From a virus, in the IMG/VR virus record IMGVR_UViG_3300042879_004946, positions 1-64,000 of that record: a stretch of DNA of 64,000 bases. The stretch is one strand, 5' to 3'. The first letter of the stretch is position 1, and every line of letters begins with the position of its first letter. Below are positions 36,969 to 46,647 of the stretch, one piece after another. The position numbers and the translations under genes were made by a program. Below the pieces are notes generated by a model that worked only from the letters and a program-made list of their open reading frames with translations, was not told the origin of the DNA and ran no database searches.

Positions 36969-39836
36969 ATGAGCAAAGAAAAAATTTCCCAAGCGACTCC
37001 CGCTGACATTAAAACCTTTTTAGAAGGTCGTGACCCTGAAAAATATATTGTAGGAATAGAATTAGACCAAACAGATGATTGGTCGGTTGATAATTCTAAT
37101 CGTGTTTATCTTATGATTGATGACCCTGAAAAAGGTAAAAAAATTAAAACTCAAAAGTTTATACCTTTTTTATGGACCAAATCTTTAAAAGATACTGGTT
37201 TCTATGGTGATGATGTTGAAAGAATGAAGTATGAGGCAAAAAGACATGGAATTTCTACCGAAAAATTAAGAACCGATGATAATCAACGTTTAGAAGATGG
37301 TTTTAAATATTTGGTTAAAACAACTGGTACTTATCGTGATTTGGTTAACTTTTTTAAAAAAGGTGGTTTAGACCCCTGGAAACGAAAAGACGTTATACAA
37401 ATATTACCACCGATTGAACAATATATGATTCAAACCGGTAAAAGATTGTTTAAAGGTTTTGATGATTATTCTGAAGTTCATAAAGTAGTATTCGATATTG
37501 AGACCACTTCTTTAGAACCAGAAGAAGGTCATATATTTTTGATTGGTATTAAGGATAATCGTGGTTTTAGAAAGATTTTAAGTGCTTACGATGAAAATGG
37601 TGAATGGACGACTGAAGCTGAAAAAGAAATGATTATAAAGTTTTTTGAAACTATTTCTGAACTTAACGCTTCGATTATTACTGGTTATAATTCTGAAAAC
37701 TTTGACTGGCACTATATTTTAGGTAGAATGAAAATATTAGGAATCGTCAATGAATATGTTAGAGTTTCACCCAGAGGTGATAAAACTAAAACTTATACTT
37801 CAGATGGTTTTATTAAAACTAAACATCCTGGAATTCCTTTAACACGTAAAACTGCATCACTTAAATTGGGTGCAGAGTTGGAGCAATATGAACAAACAAA
37901 CATGTGGGGTTATAATATTTTAGACACCTTACATCGTGTTAGACAAGCACAAGCATTAAATTCAAACATTAAAGAAGCGGGTTTGAAATATATTGCAAAA
38001 GAAGCAAAAGTAGAAAGAGGAAATCGTGTTTATGTTGATGGTTTACAATTAGGTAGAATTTGGAATGAAAATAAACAATATTATTATAACCCTACAAGCG
38101 GTCAGTGGCATGGTTTAGAAGAAGATAAACCAGAACCAAAAATGGTGGAAAATAAAAAAGGTGAAATGGTTGTTATTGACGGATATGAAGATAAGTGGGA
38201 TATTGTTGATGGTCGATTTTTAATTACGGAATACTTAACGGATGACTTACTGGAAACCGAACAAGTAGATGATATTTACACCCAAGCAGGGTTTTTAACA
38301 GCATCACTGGTACCAACAACTTTTAGCAGAAGCATTACAATGGGAACCGCGACACTTTGGAAATTATTGATGATGGCGTGGTCGTATGAAAATGGTCTAG
38401 CAATTCCCGATACATTACCAAAAAGAGATTTTACTGGTGGTCTTTCCAGACTTTTACATTTGGGTTATAGTAAAAAAGTTGCAAAATTTGACTACGCATC
38501 ACTTTATCCGTCGATTCAATTAACGCACGAAGTTTTTCCTGATTGTGATATTACGGGTGCTCTAAGAGCTATGTTATTGTACTTATCCGAAACACGTAAT
38601 AAGTATAAAGCTTTGATGAATGAATCAAATGCGGTGGGTGACGTAAAAGCGGCTTCCATGTACGATAAAAAACAATTACCAATTAAGGGTTTAAATAATT
38701 CCGCTTTTGGTTCTATTTCCGCTCCATACATTTTTCCTTGGGGTGATATTGATATCGGTGAGATGATTACTTGTACAGGTAGACAATATCTAAGAACTAT
38801 GATTACTTTTTTCATGGAAAGAGGATACACACCTTTAGTGTTAGATACTGATGGGGTTAATTTTTCTTGTCCTGAAGATGCTGACAACCGAGAATATATT
38901 GGTAATGGTTTACATCGTTTTGTTAAAAAAGGAGTTGTATATAAAGGTATTGATGCCGATGTTGCTGAATATAACGAAAGGTTTATGCACGGTGTTATGG
39001 GTCTTGATATTGATGATATTATGGATGCAACAATTAATTTATCCAGAAAAAATTATGCAATTTTAAAACCTGGTGGAAAAGTTAAATTAACAGGTAATAC
39101 CATTAAGGGAAAAACAATACCTAAATATATTGAAAAGTTTTTAAGTAAAGCAATTAGACTGTTGTTGGATGGTAAAGGTAAGGAGTTTGTTGATTTTTAT
39201 TATGAGTATTTAGAAAAAATTTATAACAAACAAATACCTTTGGTAGATATCGCAAATAAATCAAAAGTTAAAAAAACCATTGAGAGTTATAAAAAAAGAG
39301 GTACCGACAAAAACGGTAGGGAACTATCTAGACAAGCTCACATGGAGTTAATTATTCGTGATGGTATTCACATAAACTTGGGTGATACCATTTATTATAT
39401 TAATAATGGAACTAAAAAATCTCACGCAGATATCACAACCAGTAAAACTAAAAAAGACCCACCAGAAGGTACTCTTAAATTTAATTGTTATTTGATTACC
39501 GAAGACCAGATTAAGAAAAATCCTGATTTAACTGGCGAATATAATGTACCAAAATACATTGATGCTTTTAATAAAAAAGTAGAGCCACTTTTAGTAGTGT
39601 TTCCTTTACATATTCGAGAATCTTTAATTATTGAGAACCCAGAAGACAAACAATATTTCACTTCTAAAGAATTAGAGTTAATTGGTGGTATTGCAACAAA
39701 CCCAGAAGACCAAGATACCTTAGAAGAATTGATGACTATGAGTGAAGGTGAGGTTAATTTTTGGAATAGAAAAGGTGTTTCCGAAACTTATATGATAAAA
39801 GATAGATTTCAAGAAAATAAAGAAATTATTATATAA
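36969..39836 (+). CDS. Family B DNA polymerase
   Basis: Exo FDIET, GYNSENFD; pol DYASLYPSI, K..NNSAFG, LDTDG, KNYA. Confidence 0.93.
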   Translation: MSKEKISQATPADIKTFLEGRDPEKYIVGIELDQTDDWSVDNSNRVYLMIDDPEKGKKIKTQKFIPFLWTKSLKDTGFYGDDVERMKYEAKRHGISTEKLRTDDNQRLEDGFKYLVKTTGTYRDLVNFFKKGGLDPWKRKDVIQILPPIEQYMIQTGKRLFKGFDDYSEVHKVVFDIETTSLEPEEGHIFLIGIKDNRGFRKILSAYDENGEWTTEAEKEMIIKFFETISELNASIITGYNSENFDWHYILGRMKILGIVNEYVRVSPRGDKTKTYTSDGFIKTKHPGIPLTRKTASLKLGAELEQYEQTNMWGYNILDTLHRVRQAQALNSNIKEAGLKYIAKEAKVERGNRVYVDGLQLGRIWNENKQYYYNPTSGQWHGLEEDKPEPKMVENKKGEMVVIDGYEDKWDIVDGRFLITEYLTDDLLETEQVDDIYTQAGFLTASLVPTTFSRSITMGTATLWKLLMMAWSYENGLAIPDTLPKRDFTGGLSRLLHLGYSKKVAKFDYASLYPSIQLTHEVFPDCDITGALRAMLLYLSETRNKYKALMNESNAVGDVKAASMYDKKQLPIKGLNNSAFGSISAPYIFPWGDIDIGEMITCTGRQYLRTMITFFMERGYTPLVLDTDGVNFSCPEDADNREYIGNGLHRFVKKGVVYKGIDADVAEYNERFMHGVMGLDIDDIMDATINLSRKNYAILKPGGKVKLTGNTIKGKTIPKYIEKFLSKAIRLLLDGKGKEFVDFYYEYLEKIYNKQIPLVDIANKSKVKKTIESYKKRGTDKNGRELSRQAHMELIIRDGIHINLGDTIYYINNGTKKSHADITTSKTKKDPPEGTLKFNCYLITEDQIKKNPDLTGEYNVPKYIDAFNKKVEPLLVVFPLHIRESLIIENPEDKQYFTSKELELIGGIATNPEDQDTLEELMTMSEGEVNFWNRKGVSETYMIKDRFQENKEIII

Positions 39837-39871
39837 TTATATAAATTAATTTTTATGGATATTTATAAATT

Positions 39872-40135
39872 ATGATGTTAGATTTACAAGAATTTGTTAC
39901 TTACGATATAGCTTTAAAATTAAAAAAATTAGGGTATTCAACCCCTTTGACTACTTATTATAACATCTACAACAAACATGTTTTCTTTTCTAATAACGGA
40001 ATTCATAATGAAGCTATTTGGGCACCTAATTACAAACAAACTTTAGATTGGTTAACAATAGTTTTTGGTTTAAAAATTAAGCCAACAAAAGAATATATTA
40101 TTAAAGCGGTCAATGAATTAAGTGAAAAATTATAA
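39872..40135 (+). CDS. Hypothetical protein
   Basis: 87-aa ORF; FVTYDIALKLKKLG...AP...Q.LDW pattern; upstream GATATTTAT. Confidence 0.7.
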   Translation: MMLDLQEFVTYDIALKLKKLGYSTPLTTYYNIYNKHVFFSNNGIHNEAIWAPNYKQTLDWLTIVFGLKIKPTKEYIIKAVNELSEKL

Positions 40136-40176
40136 AATAAATCGTTTTTCTATGATATTTATAAAGAAAAGAAAAA

Positions 40177-40779
40177 ATGATAAATTTTGTAAACGAATTC
40201 ATTTATTTTGATGGTAAAAGAATACCCAATAGAGATGATGTGAAATCGGCTTCTAACAGCACCACAGATCCAATATTTAACCCTGAAGATGGTGAACAAT
40301 TAAAAAATGCAACAGCCCAACAACGTCAACAAGGGTATCGAGGGTATTATTCATTGGTACCGATGCCAGCCGTTAAAACACCTTTAGCTGATGATAGTTA
40401 TCCGACAATGGTTTCCTATATGGATGATGAGAAAAATATTAGGAATTTTAATAAAAACAAATTAAAAAACTTTAAAGCCAAAAGAAGAATTAAAGAAGTC
40501 GCAAAAAATAAAATAGACAATATGATTGAAGATATTGTTAATAAAAAAATAGCGAAAGATATTTTAAATGTTAGAAAAAACGGCATTCCAGATATTGATG
40601 TTGTTAGTGAAGAAAACCCGATTTTAGTTAGGAAATTAAAAAATTTAGTTGATATTGTTGATTTGAACCAGGCGACAGGTGAACAAAAAGGCGTTATTTT
40701 AAATTTTTTAATCAATAACATCGGCACTGTTGATATTCCTGTAGAATATAAAGAAGAAATTGTAAAAAAATTAAAATAA
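40177..40779 (+). CDS. Hypothetical protein
   Basis: 200-aa ORF, first of a tightly coupled operon. Confidence 0.75.
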   Translation: MINFVNEFIYFDGKRIPNRDDVKSASNSTTDPIFNPEDGEQLKNATAQQRQQGYRGYYSLVPMPAVKTPLADDSYPTMVSYMDDEKNIRNFNKNKLKNFKAKRRIKEVAKNKIDNMIEDIVNKKIAKDILNVRKNGIPDIDVVSEENPILVRKLKNLVDIVDLNQATGEQKGVILNFLINNIGTVDIPVEYKEEIVKKLK

Positions 40780-41316
40780 ATGGCAAATTCACAGTTACAA
40801 GGGCATTATTGGGATTTACCTGAAGAATTACAAAATCATTTAAAAAGAATTATGCGAGCCTATAAAGGCGAGGAAAACGTAGAAGGATATCAAAGGTTAA
40901 AAAATTTAATTTCAAATTCAAAAATCAGTTATGAAGAATTAAAAAGAATTAAAAATTTTTTCGATACACAACCACATAATACTGATTATATGGATGATAA
41001 AAAACAAACAACACCTTTTATTTTAAATGGTGGTTTAAAAATGAAAAGTTGGGTAAATAGCACCTTAAATAACGCTAGAAGTTCTATAAACGCAAACAAA
41101 AAAATAAAAACAAATACTGGTATGGTTGGTAGTCATTATAAAAATGATGACATGTCGTTTAACACAAAGGTAAAAACCGACGATGTTAAAATTAAAACCT
41201 CACACCAAAAAAGTATTTCTGAATCTCAACATATTTATGAGATAGAAAAGATGGAAAACATCATAAATATTTTTAATAAAAACAAAGAATTATGCCACAA
41301 ATCGCACCAATCCTAA
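40780..41316 (+). CDS. Hypothetical protein
   Basis: 178-aa ORF, translationally coupled. Confidence 0.75.
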   Translation: MANSQLQGHYWDLPEELQNHLKRIMRAYKGEENVEGYQRLKNLISNSKISYEELKRIKNFFDTQPHNTDYMDDKKQTTPFILNGGLKMKSWVNSTLNNARSSINANKKIKTNTGMVGSHYKNDDMSFNTKVKTDDVKIKTSHQKSISESQHIYEIEKMENIINIFNKNKELCHKSHQS

Positions 41317-41633
41317 CAGATGCAGCTAGTGTTCAAAGCTTTGGACCTGGTGGTATTTTAAATCAATTACCTGGTTTAAAACAAACAGCAGACGCTGAAA
41401 GATTAACATTAACCACAATAAATGAATATAAAAATTTAGCGGGTAACCAATATGGGTCGACACACCCAAATGCTTTAAGTGATAACGACGAAAAAGGTCG
41501 TGGTGACGCAAATAACCAAGTAGGTACCATTATTGATATTCAAACGCAACAATTTTTAACATATAGTTCTGGTAACAAATACGAACCAGGAGCGGGTTAC
41601 AACAACTTTAACTATCCACAACAATATTGGTAA
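41292..41633 (+). CDS. Hypothetical protein
   Basis: 113-aa ORF overlapping its neighbours. Confidence 0.7.
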   Translation: MPQIAPILTDAASVQSFGPGGILNQLPGLKQTADAERLTLTTINEYKNLAGNQYGSTHPNALSDNDEKGRGDANNQVGTIIDIQTQQFLTYSSGNKYEPGAGYNNFNYPQQYW

Positions 41634-42016
41634 TAATGAAGCTTTACTCTATTCTAAATGAACTTATTTTAGAAGCAGCTTCAGATACTGAGGTTAGTGA
41701 TGCTATTGTTAAACACAACAGGGTTAAAATAAGATATGAGGAACCAGATGGTCGATATAGTACTCGTTATTTGGAATCTTATGTTTTAGGGCTTTCTAAA
41801 GCCGGTAATCCAATTGTAAGAGCATATCAATACGCTGGTGACACTAACACAGAAATAGGCTGGAAAACATTTAGATTAGATAGAATAATGGATTGGGAGG
41901 AAATGAACGAAAGGCCATTTACAAACCCAATTTCAGATAGAATAAGTGGGATACCAAAATATAATCGTTTTGGTGACCGTAGTATGATAAGTATAAATAA
42001 ACAAGCAAGATTTTAA
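41627..42016 (+). CDS. WYL-domain-like protein with leader
   Basis: VKIRY....G..STR..E.Y.L......VRAY.....WKTFRLDRI; N-terminal MKLYSILNELILE. Confidence 0.7.
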   Translation: MVIMKLYSILNELILEAASDTEVSDAIVKHNRVKIRYEEPDGRYSTRYLESYVLGLSKAGNPIVRAYQYAGDTNTEIGWKTFRLDRIMDWEEMNERPFTNPISDRISGIPKYNRFGDRSMISINKQARF

Positions 42017-42017
42017 A

Positions 42018-42656
42018 ATGGATCCTAAATTATTAGCAATTCTCAAGAAGGCAAAAGCAATTGATAAAGCCGCAGAAAAGTTTGATACCGGTGCGGTAAA
42101 AAGATCACAAACACCTGGTTTAACAAATGATAGAAATGTAATGTCTGAAAGTTACTCCGACTATAACACGTCGATAAACGAAAGCGTTGAAGTAGGCAGT
42201 GAAATGTACCGAGAAAAAGTACAAAGTTCCAAATTACCTGCAGCAATTCAAAAAGCGATGTTAGAAAATCCAATACCACAATTAAACCCAATGAGTGATA
42301 TTGACGATGAAGCTATTAGAGAATTACGTGGCGTTGCCCCAGTTAAAGAATCGGTTAGAAAACCTGTTTACAGTGAAGACGACGAAATTGATATGTTTGC
42401 ACAACCAACAAAAAAACCAGAAATTAAAAAAAGAAAAATGGTAACTGAAAATTTTGAAACAAGTTCAGTTAATGTTGATGAAGCACATTTAAGAAAATTA
42501 ATTGCGTCGGAAATTTCAAAAGCTTTACCTAAAATAATTGAGAATTATTTTGAATCTAGGTTGGTTAAAGAAAATGTTCAGTTTAAAGCTGGCAATACAA
42601 TTTTTTCTGGAAATGTTATGCCAATGCCTAATATAAAAAAAAGGAATAACAATTAA
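42018..42656 (+). CDS. Hypothetical protein
   Basis: 212-aa ORF; SKLPAAIQKAMLENPI motif. Confidence 0.75.
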   Translation: MDPKLLAILKKAKAIDKAAEKFDTGAVKRSQTPGLTNDRNVMSESYSDYNTSINESVEVGSEMYREKVQSSKLPAAIQKAMLENPIPQLNPMSDIDDEAIRELRGVAPVKESVRKPVYSEDDEIDMFAQPTKKPEIKKRKMVTENFETSSVNVDEAHLRKLIASEISKALPKIIENYFESRLVKENVQFKAGNTIFSGNVMPMPNIKKRNNN

Positions 42657-42672
42657 ATAAAAAAAAGAAACT

Positions 42673-42732
42673 ATGACAACAAAAGGCTGTGGTTGCAAAG
42701 GTAACAAAGGAACCCCAAAAGGTAAAAAATAA
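42673..42732 (+). CDS. 19-aa basic GCGCK micropeptide
   Basis: MTTKGCGCKGNKGTPKGKK*, A-rich leader, ends just before a terminator. Confidence 0.5.
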   Translation: MTTKGCGCKGNKGTPKGKK

Positions 42733-42747
42733 CCTTTACAAAAAAGA

Positions 42748-42777
42748 AAAAAACCCCACTATTATGTGGGGTTTTTT
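42748..42777 (+). terminator. Intrinsic terminator
   Basis: AAAAAACCCCAC-TATTAT-GTGGGGTTTTTT. Confidence 0.8.
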
Positions 42778-42804
42778 ATTGCATTAAAATTAAATAAAAT
42801 ATAT

Positions 42805-44124
42805 ATGAAAGATAAAATTAAAGTATTAGTTATTTGTTCAGACCGTTCAGGTGTGGCAAAGTTTAGGTCGTTAGATCCACATTTAAGATTACAAGAAATG
42901 TATCCAGATGATTTTTTTGTGGATATTATAACAGCAGGTATTGATAGTATTAACTGGGATGATGATAACTATTTAAAGAGTTTTCATATTGTTCATTTTC
43001 ATAGAACAATAACCGACAATGTTAATGGGCAATTACAACCAGTTTACGGTGAAAATGCAAAAAGAATTTTTAATAAATTTAAAAAATTTGGCATAATTTC
43101 AGTTATGGATATTGATGATTACTGGATGCCATCACCTGATCACCCTGCATACGTAATGTTAAAACAAGCAAAATTAGATGAACTCATTAAAAGTAATTTT
43201 CCGTTAGTTGATTATGTCACAACAACAACTAAAATTTTTGCAGATGAAATTAGAAAATACAATAAAAACGTTATTGTTATTCCAAATGCTATAAACCCAG
43301 AGGAACCACAATTTCAAAAAAAATTGGTCACAAGTGATAAAAAATTTCGTATTGGTTGGTTAGGTGGTAGTTCACATTTAGAAGATTTGCGTTTAATAAA
43401 ACAAGGTTTAAATGTTTGGATGGCGTCTGAAGAAGCTAAAGATACACAATTGGTTTTATGTGGTTTTGATACTCGTGGTAGCATGACCGAAAATAACCCG
43501 CAGACTGGAGAACAAAAAACCAGAAAAATCTTACCACATGAAAGTGTTTGGGCTCGTTATGAAGAACTTTTTACCGATGATTATAAAATATTGAGTCCAG
43601 AGTATAAAAAACATCTTTTAAAATATTCACAAGAAGATGATTTTAAAGACATTAATGAACCTTATCGTCGTGTTTGGACAAAACCAATTACAACATATGC
43701 TTCTAATTACAATTCTTTTGAGATTTCTTTAGCTCCTTTAAAAGAACATATGTTTAATAAAGTAAAATCACAATTAAAAGTTATTGAGGCTGGATTCCAT
43801 AAAAAGGCTTTAATCGCTCAAAATTACGGGCCTTATACTATTGATTTGGTAAATGTTATGGAGTTTGGTGGCAAAATTAACGAAAAAGGTAATGCAATTT
43901 TAATTGATTCTGGAAAAAATCACAGTGATTGGTTAAAAGCAATTAAATTATTACACAGAAACCCACAGCTTATTGAAATAATGGGAGAAAATTTATATCT
44001 TTGTGTCAAGGAAAAATATCATATTGATGTGACCACAAAAACAAGGTCAGATTTTTATTCCGAAATTGTAAAAAGAAATCAAAAAGAAACACAAGAACTA
44101 ATAACCGAAAGCAATGCAATTTAA
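42805..44124 (+). CDS. GT-B fold glycosyltransferase (GT4-like)
   Basis: DIDDYW, VIPNAI, IGWLGGSSH..DL, LAPL....FN..KSQLKVIEAG; likely start MKDKIK. Confidence 0.8.
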   Translation: MKDKIKVLVICSDRSGVAKFRSLDPHLRLQEMYPDDFFVDIITAGIDSINWDDDNYLKSFHIVHFHRTITDNVNGQLQPVYGENAKRIFNKFKKFGIISVMDIDDYWMPSPDHPAYVMLKQAKLDELIKSNFPLVDYVTTTTKIFADEIRKYNKNVIVIPNAINPEEPQFQKKLVTSDKKFRIGWLGGSSHLEDLRLIKQGLNVWMASEEAKDTQLVLCGFDTRGSMTENNPQTGEQKTRKILPHESVWARYEELFTDDYKILSPEYKKHLLKYSQEDDFKDINEPYRRVWTKPITTYASNYNSFEISLAPLKEHMFNKVKSQLKVIEAGFHKKALIAQNYGPYTIDLVNVMEFGGKINEKGNAILIDSGKNHSDWLKAIKLLHRNPQLIEIMGENLYLCVKEKYHIDVTTKTRSDFYSEIVKRNQKETQELITESNAI

Positions 44125-44821
44125 CATCGAAAAACTACTATTTTTTGACATCGAAAGTGTAAGTCAATACGAATTTCTTAAAGATTTGCCTGAAGAAGAT
44201 TATAAACAATGGTTATCTTATTATGATAACTTTAGAGAAAGAGTGACCGATGAAAATCGAATCACTAAAAAAATGGCTGAAGAAGAAGTTAAGCAAGAAG
44301 TTTATAGACAAACTGCGGCATTCTTCCCTGAATTTGGTAAGGTCGCCTGTATTTCTATGGCCTTTGTAACTAAAGACGGTAAAGTTAAATTTGAATCTTT
44401 TTGTGGTCAAGATGAAGTTGAAATCTTAATGAACACTCGTAAAATTTTTGACAAGGTAGAAACTTTAGGTTTTGAACTTTGTGGTCAAAATATTAAAAAT
44501 TTTGATATCCCATTTTTAGCGAAAAGATACGTTATTAACGGGTTAAAACCACCAAAGTTGTTTCCAAACCACAACACTAAACCTTGGGAGTTAAAAGTTG
44601 TCGATACCAGAGACGTTTGGAATTTTGGCGGTAAGAGCATTGGTTCTTTGGATTTGATATGTAGTGTTTTAAAAGTTGATTCTCCTAAAAACGGTGAAGT
44701 TAAGGGTGATAGTGTGACTACTAATTTTTGGGAAGGTAAATACGAAGAAATTAAAACTTATTGTCAAAAAGACGTTAAAGCTTTAGTAGATATTATAACA
44801 AAATTTAATAATTTAAAATGA
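44114..44821 (+). CDS. PolB-related 3'-5' exonuclease (DEDDy)
   Basis: FFDIES, GQNIKNFDIPFL, YCQKDV. Confidence 0.85.
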   Translation: MQFNIEKLLFFDIESVSQYEFLKDLPEEDYKQWLSYYDNFRERVTDENRITKKMAEEEVKQEVYRQTAAFFPEFGKVACISMAFVTKDGKVKFESFCGQDEVEILMNTRKIFDKVETLGFELCGQNIKNFDIPFLAKRYVINGLKPPKLFPNHNTKPWELKVVDTRDVWNFGGKSIGSLDLICSVLKVDSPKNGEVKGDSVTTNFWEGKYEEIKTYCQKDVKALVDIITKFNNLK

Positions 44822-45414
44822 AAAGTGATTTAGAAAATTATATTAAAGAATTAGTTCACAGAAAAAAATTAGGTTTAATTTCAAATGACGAAATCACGGA
44901 ATTAGACAGGCTCTTAAATGTAACAAAAAATATGGAATCATCTTTTAAATCTGAAAATGTTGATTGGGGTAAATTACAAATAAAATTTGTAAATCTATCT
45001 GACAACCCTGATCCTATTTGGGCTAAAGAAGGTGATTCTGGTTTTGATTTAAGAGCTAACGAAAGTGGCATATTAAAACCGTTGGAAAGAATGTTAATTT
45101 CTACTGGGTTGTTTTTTGAAATACCTAAAGGATATGATATCGAAGTAAAATCTAGAAGTGGTTTAGCTTTTAAACATGGTATAGGTGTTTTAACTGGTAC
45201 TATAGACCAAAATTACAGAGGTGAAGTAAAAGTACTATTATTTAATATTAGTAATGAAAATTTTGAATTTAAAAAAGGTGATAGAATTGCACAAGCTATT
45301 GTTAGAAATAGAATAAGTGACGATTTTGGTGCCTTAATTAAATTACAAGAGCTAAATCAACTTTCAGAAACTGAACGTGGTTCAGGTGGCTTTGGATCAA
45401 CTGGTAAAAATTAA
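44818..45414 (+). CDS. dut: Trimeric dUTPase
   Basis: SGFDL, SRSGLA, GTIDQNYRGE, GDRIAQ, RGSGGFGSTG. Confidence 0.95.
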   Translation: MKSDLENYIKELVHRKKLGLISNDEITELDRLLNVTKNMESSFKSENVDWGKLQIKFVNLSDNPDPIWAKEGDSGFDLRANESGILKPLERMLISTGLFFEIPKGYDIEVKSRSGLAFKHGIGVLTGTIDQNYRGEVKVLLFNISNENFEFKKGDRIAQAIVRNRISDDFGALIKLQELNQLSETERGSGGFGSTGKN

Positions 45415-45418
45415 TATT

Positions 45419-45724
45419 ATGTCACATTATAGGCCACTACCCGATTACTTAACAATTAAAGCATCAACAATAGATGGCCTTGGTTTGTTTACTAATGTAG
45501 ATATCGACGCTAATTTTGTAATCGGTATTACACATGTTTTAGACAGTCGTTTTGAAGACCACTACATTAGAACACCACTAGGTGGTTTTTTTAACCACTC
45601 AGAAACACCAAATTGTGAAGTTATTTATGATAATGATTTTATAAAATTAAAAACAATTAAGAATATTAAAGCCGGTGAAGAACTAACCTCAAAGTATACA
45701 CTGTATAACCCAATAAAAGAATAA
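45419..45724 (+). CDS. Minimal SET-domain protein (putative lysine methyltransferase)
   Basis: S.IDGLGLFT, FFNHSETPNC, IKAGEELTSKY. Confidence 0.85.
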   Translation: MSHYRPLPDYLTIKASTIDGLGLFTNVDIDANFVIGITHVLDSRFEDHYIRTPLGGFFNHSETPNCEVIYDNDFIKLKTIKNIKAGEELTSKYTLYNPIKE

Positions 45725-45728
45725 AAAT

Positions 45729-45965
45729 ATGAAAATAAAATTAATTGTTATTGTTTTTTCACTTTTTTTGTTGTTAACATCTTGTTTTTCTTTAACGGAT
45801 GTGCCAACGAACAATCTTTATCCTTACCATTATTATAGGCCAAATTGGTATTCGCCTTACTGGTACTCACCTTACTGGCCAAATAATAACTATTACTATT
45901 TAGACCAATACGGTTGGCAATATAGAACTTACCCCAGAGCCTGGAGACACCCTAGAAGAAGATAA
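45729..45965 (+). CDS. Small lipoprotein rich in Tyr, Trp and Pro
   Basis: Signal peptide with lipobox LLLTSC; (W)YSPYW repeats. Confidence 0.7.
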   Translation: MKIKLIVIVFSLFLLLTSCFSLTDVPTNNLYPYHYYRPNWYSPYWYSPYWPNNNYYYLDQYGWQYRTYPRAWRHPRRR

Positions 45966-45969
45966 AATT

Positions 45970-46461
45970 ATGTCAGTAGTAGCAGTAAAAGTTGAAAAAA
46001 ATAAAATTGTAATTGGTGCTGATTCAGTGCTTATAAATGGTTATACACAAGAAAAAGATAAAATGGCAAAACTGTTCCAAAATGAATGGTTAATTTGCGG
46101 TGATGTCGGTGAGGCCCAAGAAGGTGCTCTTTTTCAAATATTTTCAAAAACAAGAAAACCCAGAGAGGCTTCGGTTGAAGCGGTGACAGAATATCTTTTT
46201 GATTTTTTTTCCTGGAAAAGAGAAAAAACTGATGCCGATAAATTAGAAAATAGTTACATTATTATTTTTAATAAAAAGGTTTTTCTAATTGAAGGTTTTT
46301 ACGTTAAGGAAGTTACGGATTATGCGGCTATTGGTGCTGGGATGGATTTTGCTCTTGCAGCTCTATATCTAGGTTCCTCAGTAAAAGACGCGATTAAAGC
46401 TGCTTGCCATTTATCAATTTTATGTGAAGAACCTGTTAATATTATTACTGTTGAAATTTAA
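45970..46461 (+). CDS. HslV/proteasome-beta-like Ntn-hydrolase
   Basis: MSVVAV....IVIGADS, AIGAGMDFALAAL; N-terminal Ser where Thr is usual. Confidence 0.7.
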   Translation: MSVVAVKVEKNKIVIGADSVLINGYTQEKDKMAKLFQNEWLICGDVGEAQEGALFQIFSKTRKPREASVEAVTEYLFDFFSWKREKTDADKLENSYIIIFNKKVFLIEGFYVKEVTDYAAIGAGMDFALAALYLGSSVKDAIKAACHLSILCEEPVNIITVEI

Positions 46462-46473
46462 AAAATAAAAAAT

Positions 46474-46647
46474 ATGGAAAATTTATACGATTATTATTTT
46501 CACTACAACACTTACACAAAAGAGTGGAATGCTTTTTTAAGAACCGAAAATTCAAAATATCTGAATGGTGAAGCCAAAATTTATAGTGACGAAGATATTA
46601 ATAATTTGATTAAAAAAATCAAAGAAGTAGAAAAAGTAGAATCTTAA
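46474..46647 (+). CDS. Small hypothetical protein (57 aa, absent from the ORF track)
   Basis: MENLYDYYFHYNTYTKEWNAF...; fills the gap and its stop overlaps the next ATG. Confidence 0.65.
   Translation: MENLYDYYFHYNTYTKEWNAFLRTENSKYLNGEAKIYSDEDINNLIKKIKEVEKVES

Noticed and set aside
36969-39836. Intein or intron in the DNA polymerase
   Set aside because: Continuous 955-aa ORF with motifs in order and no intein boundary residues or LAGLIDADG block recognised
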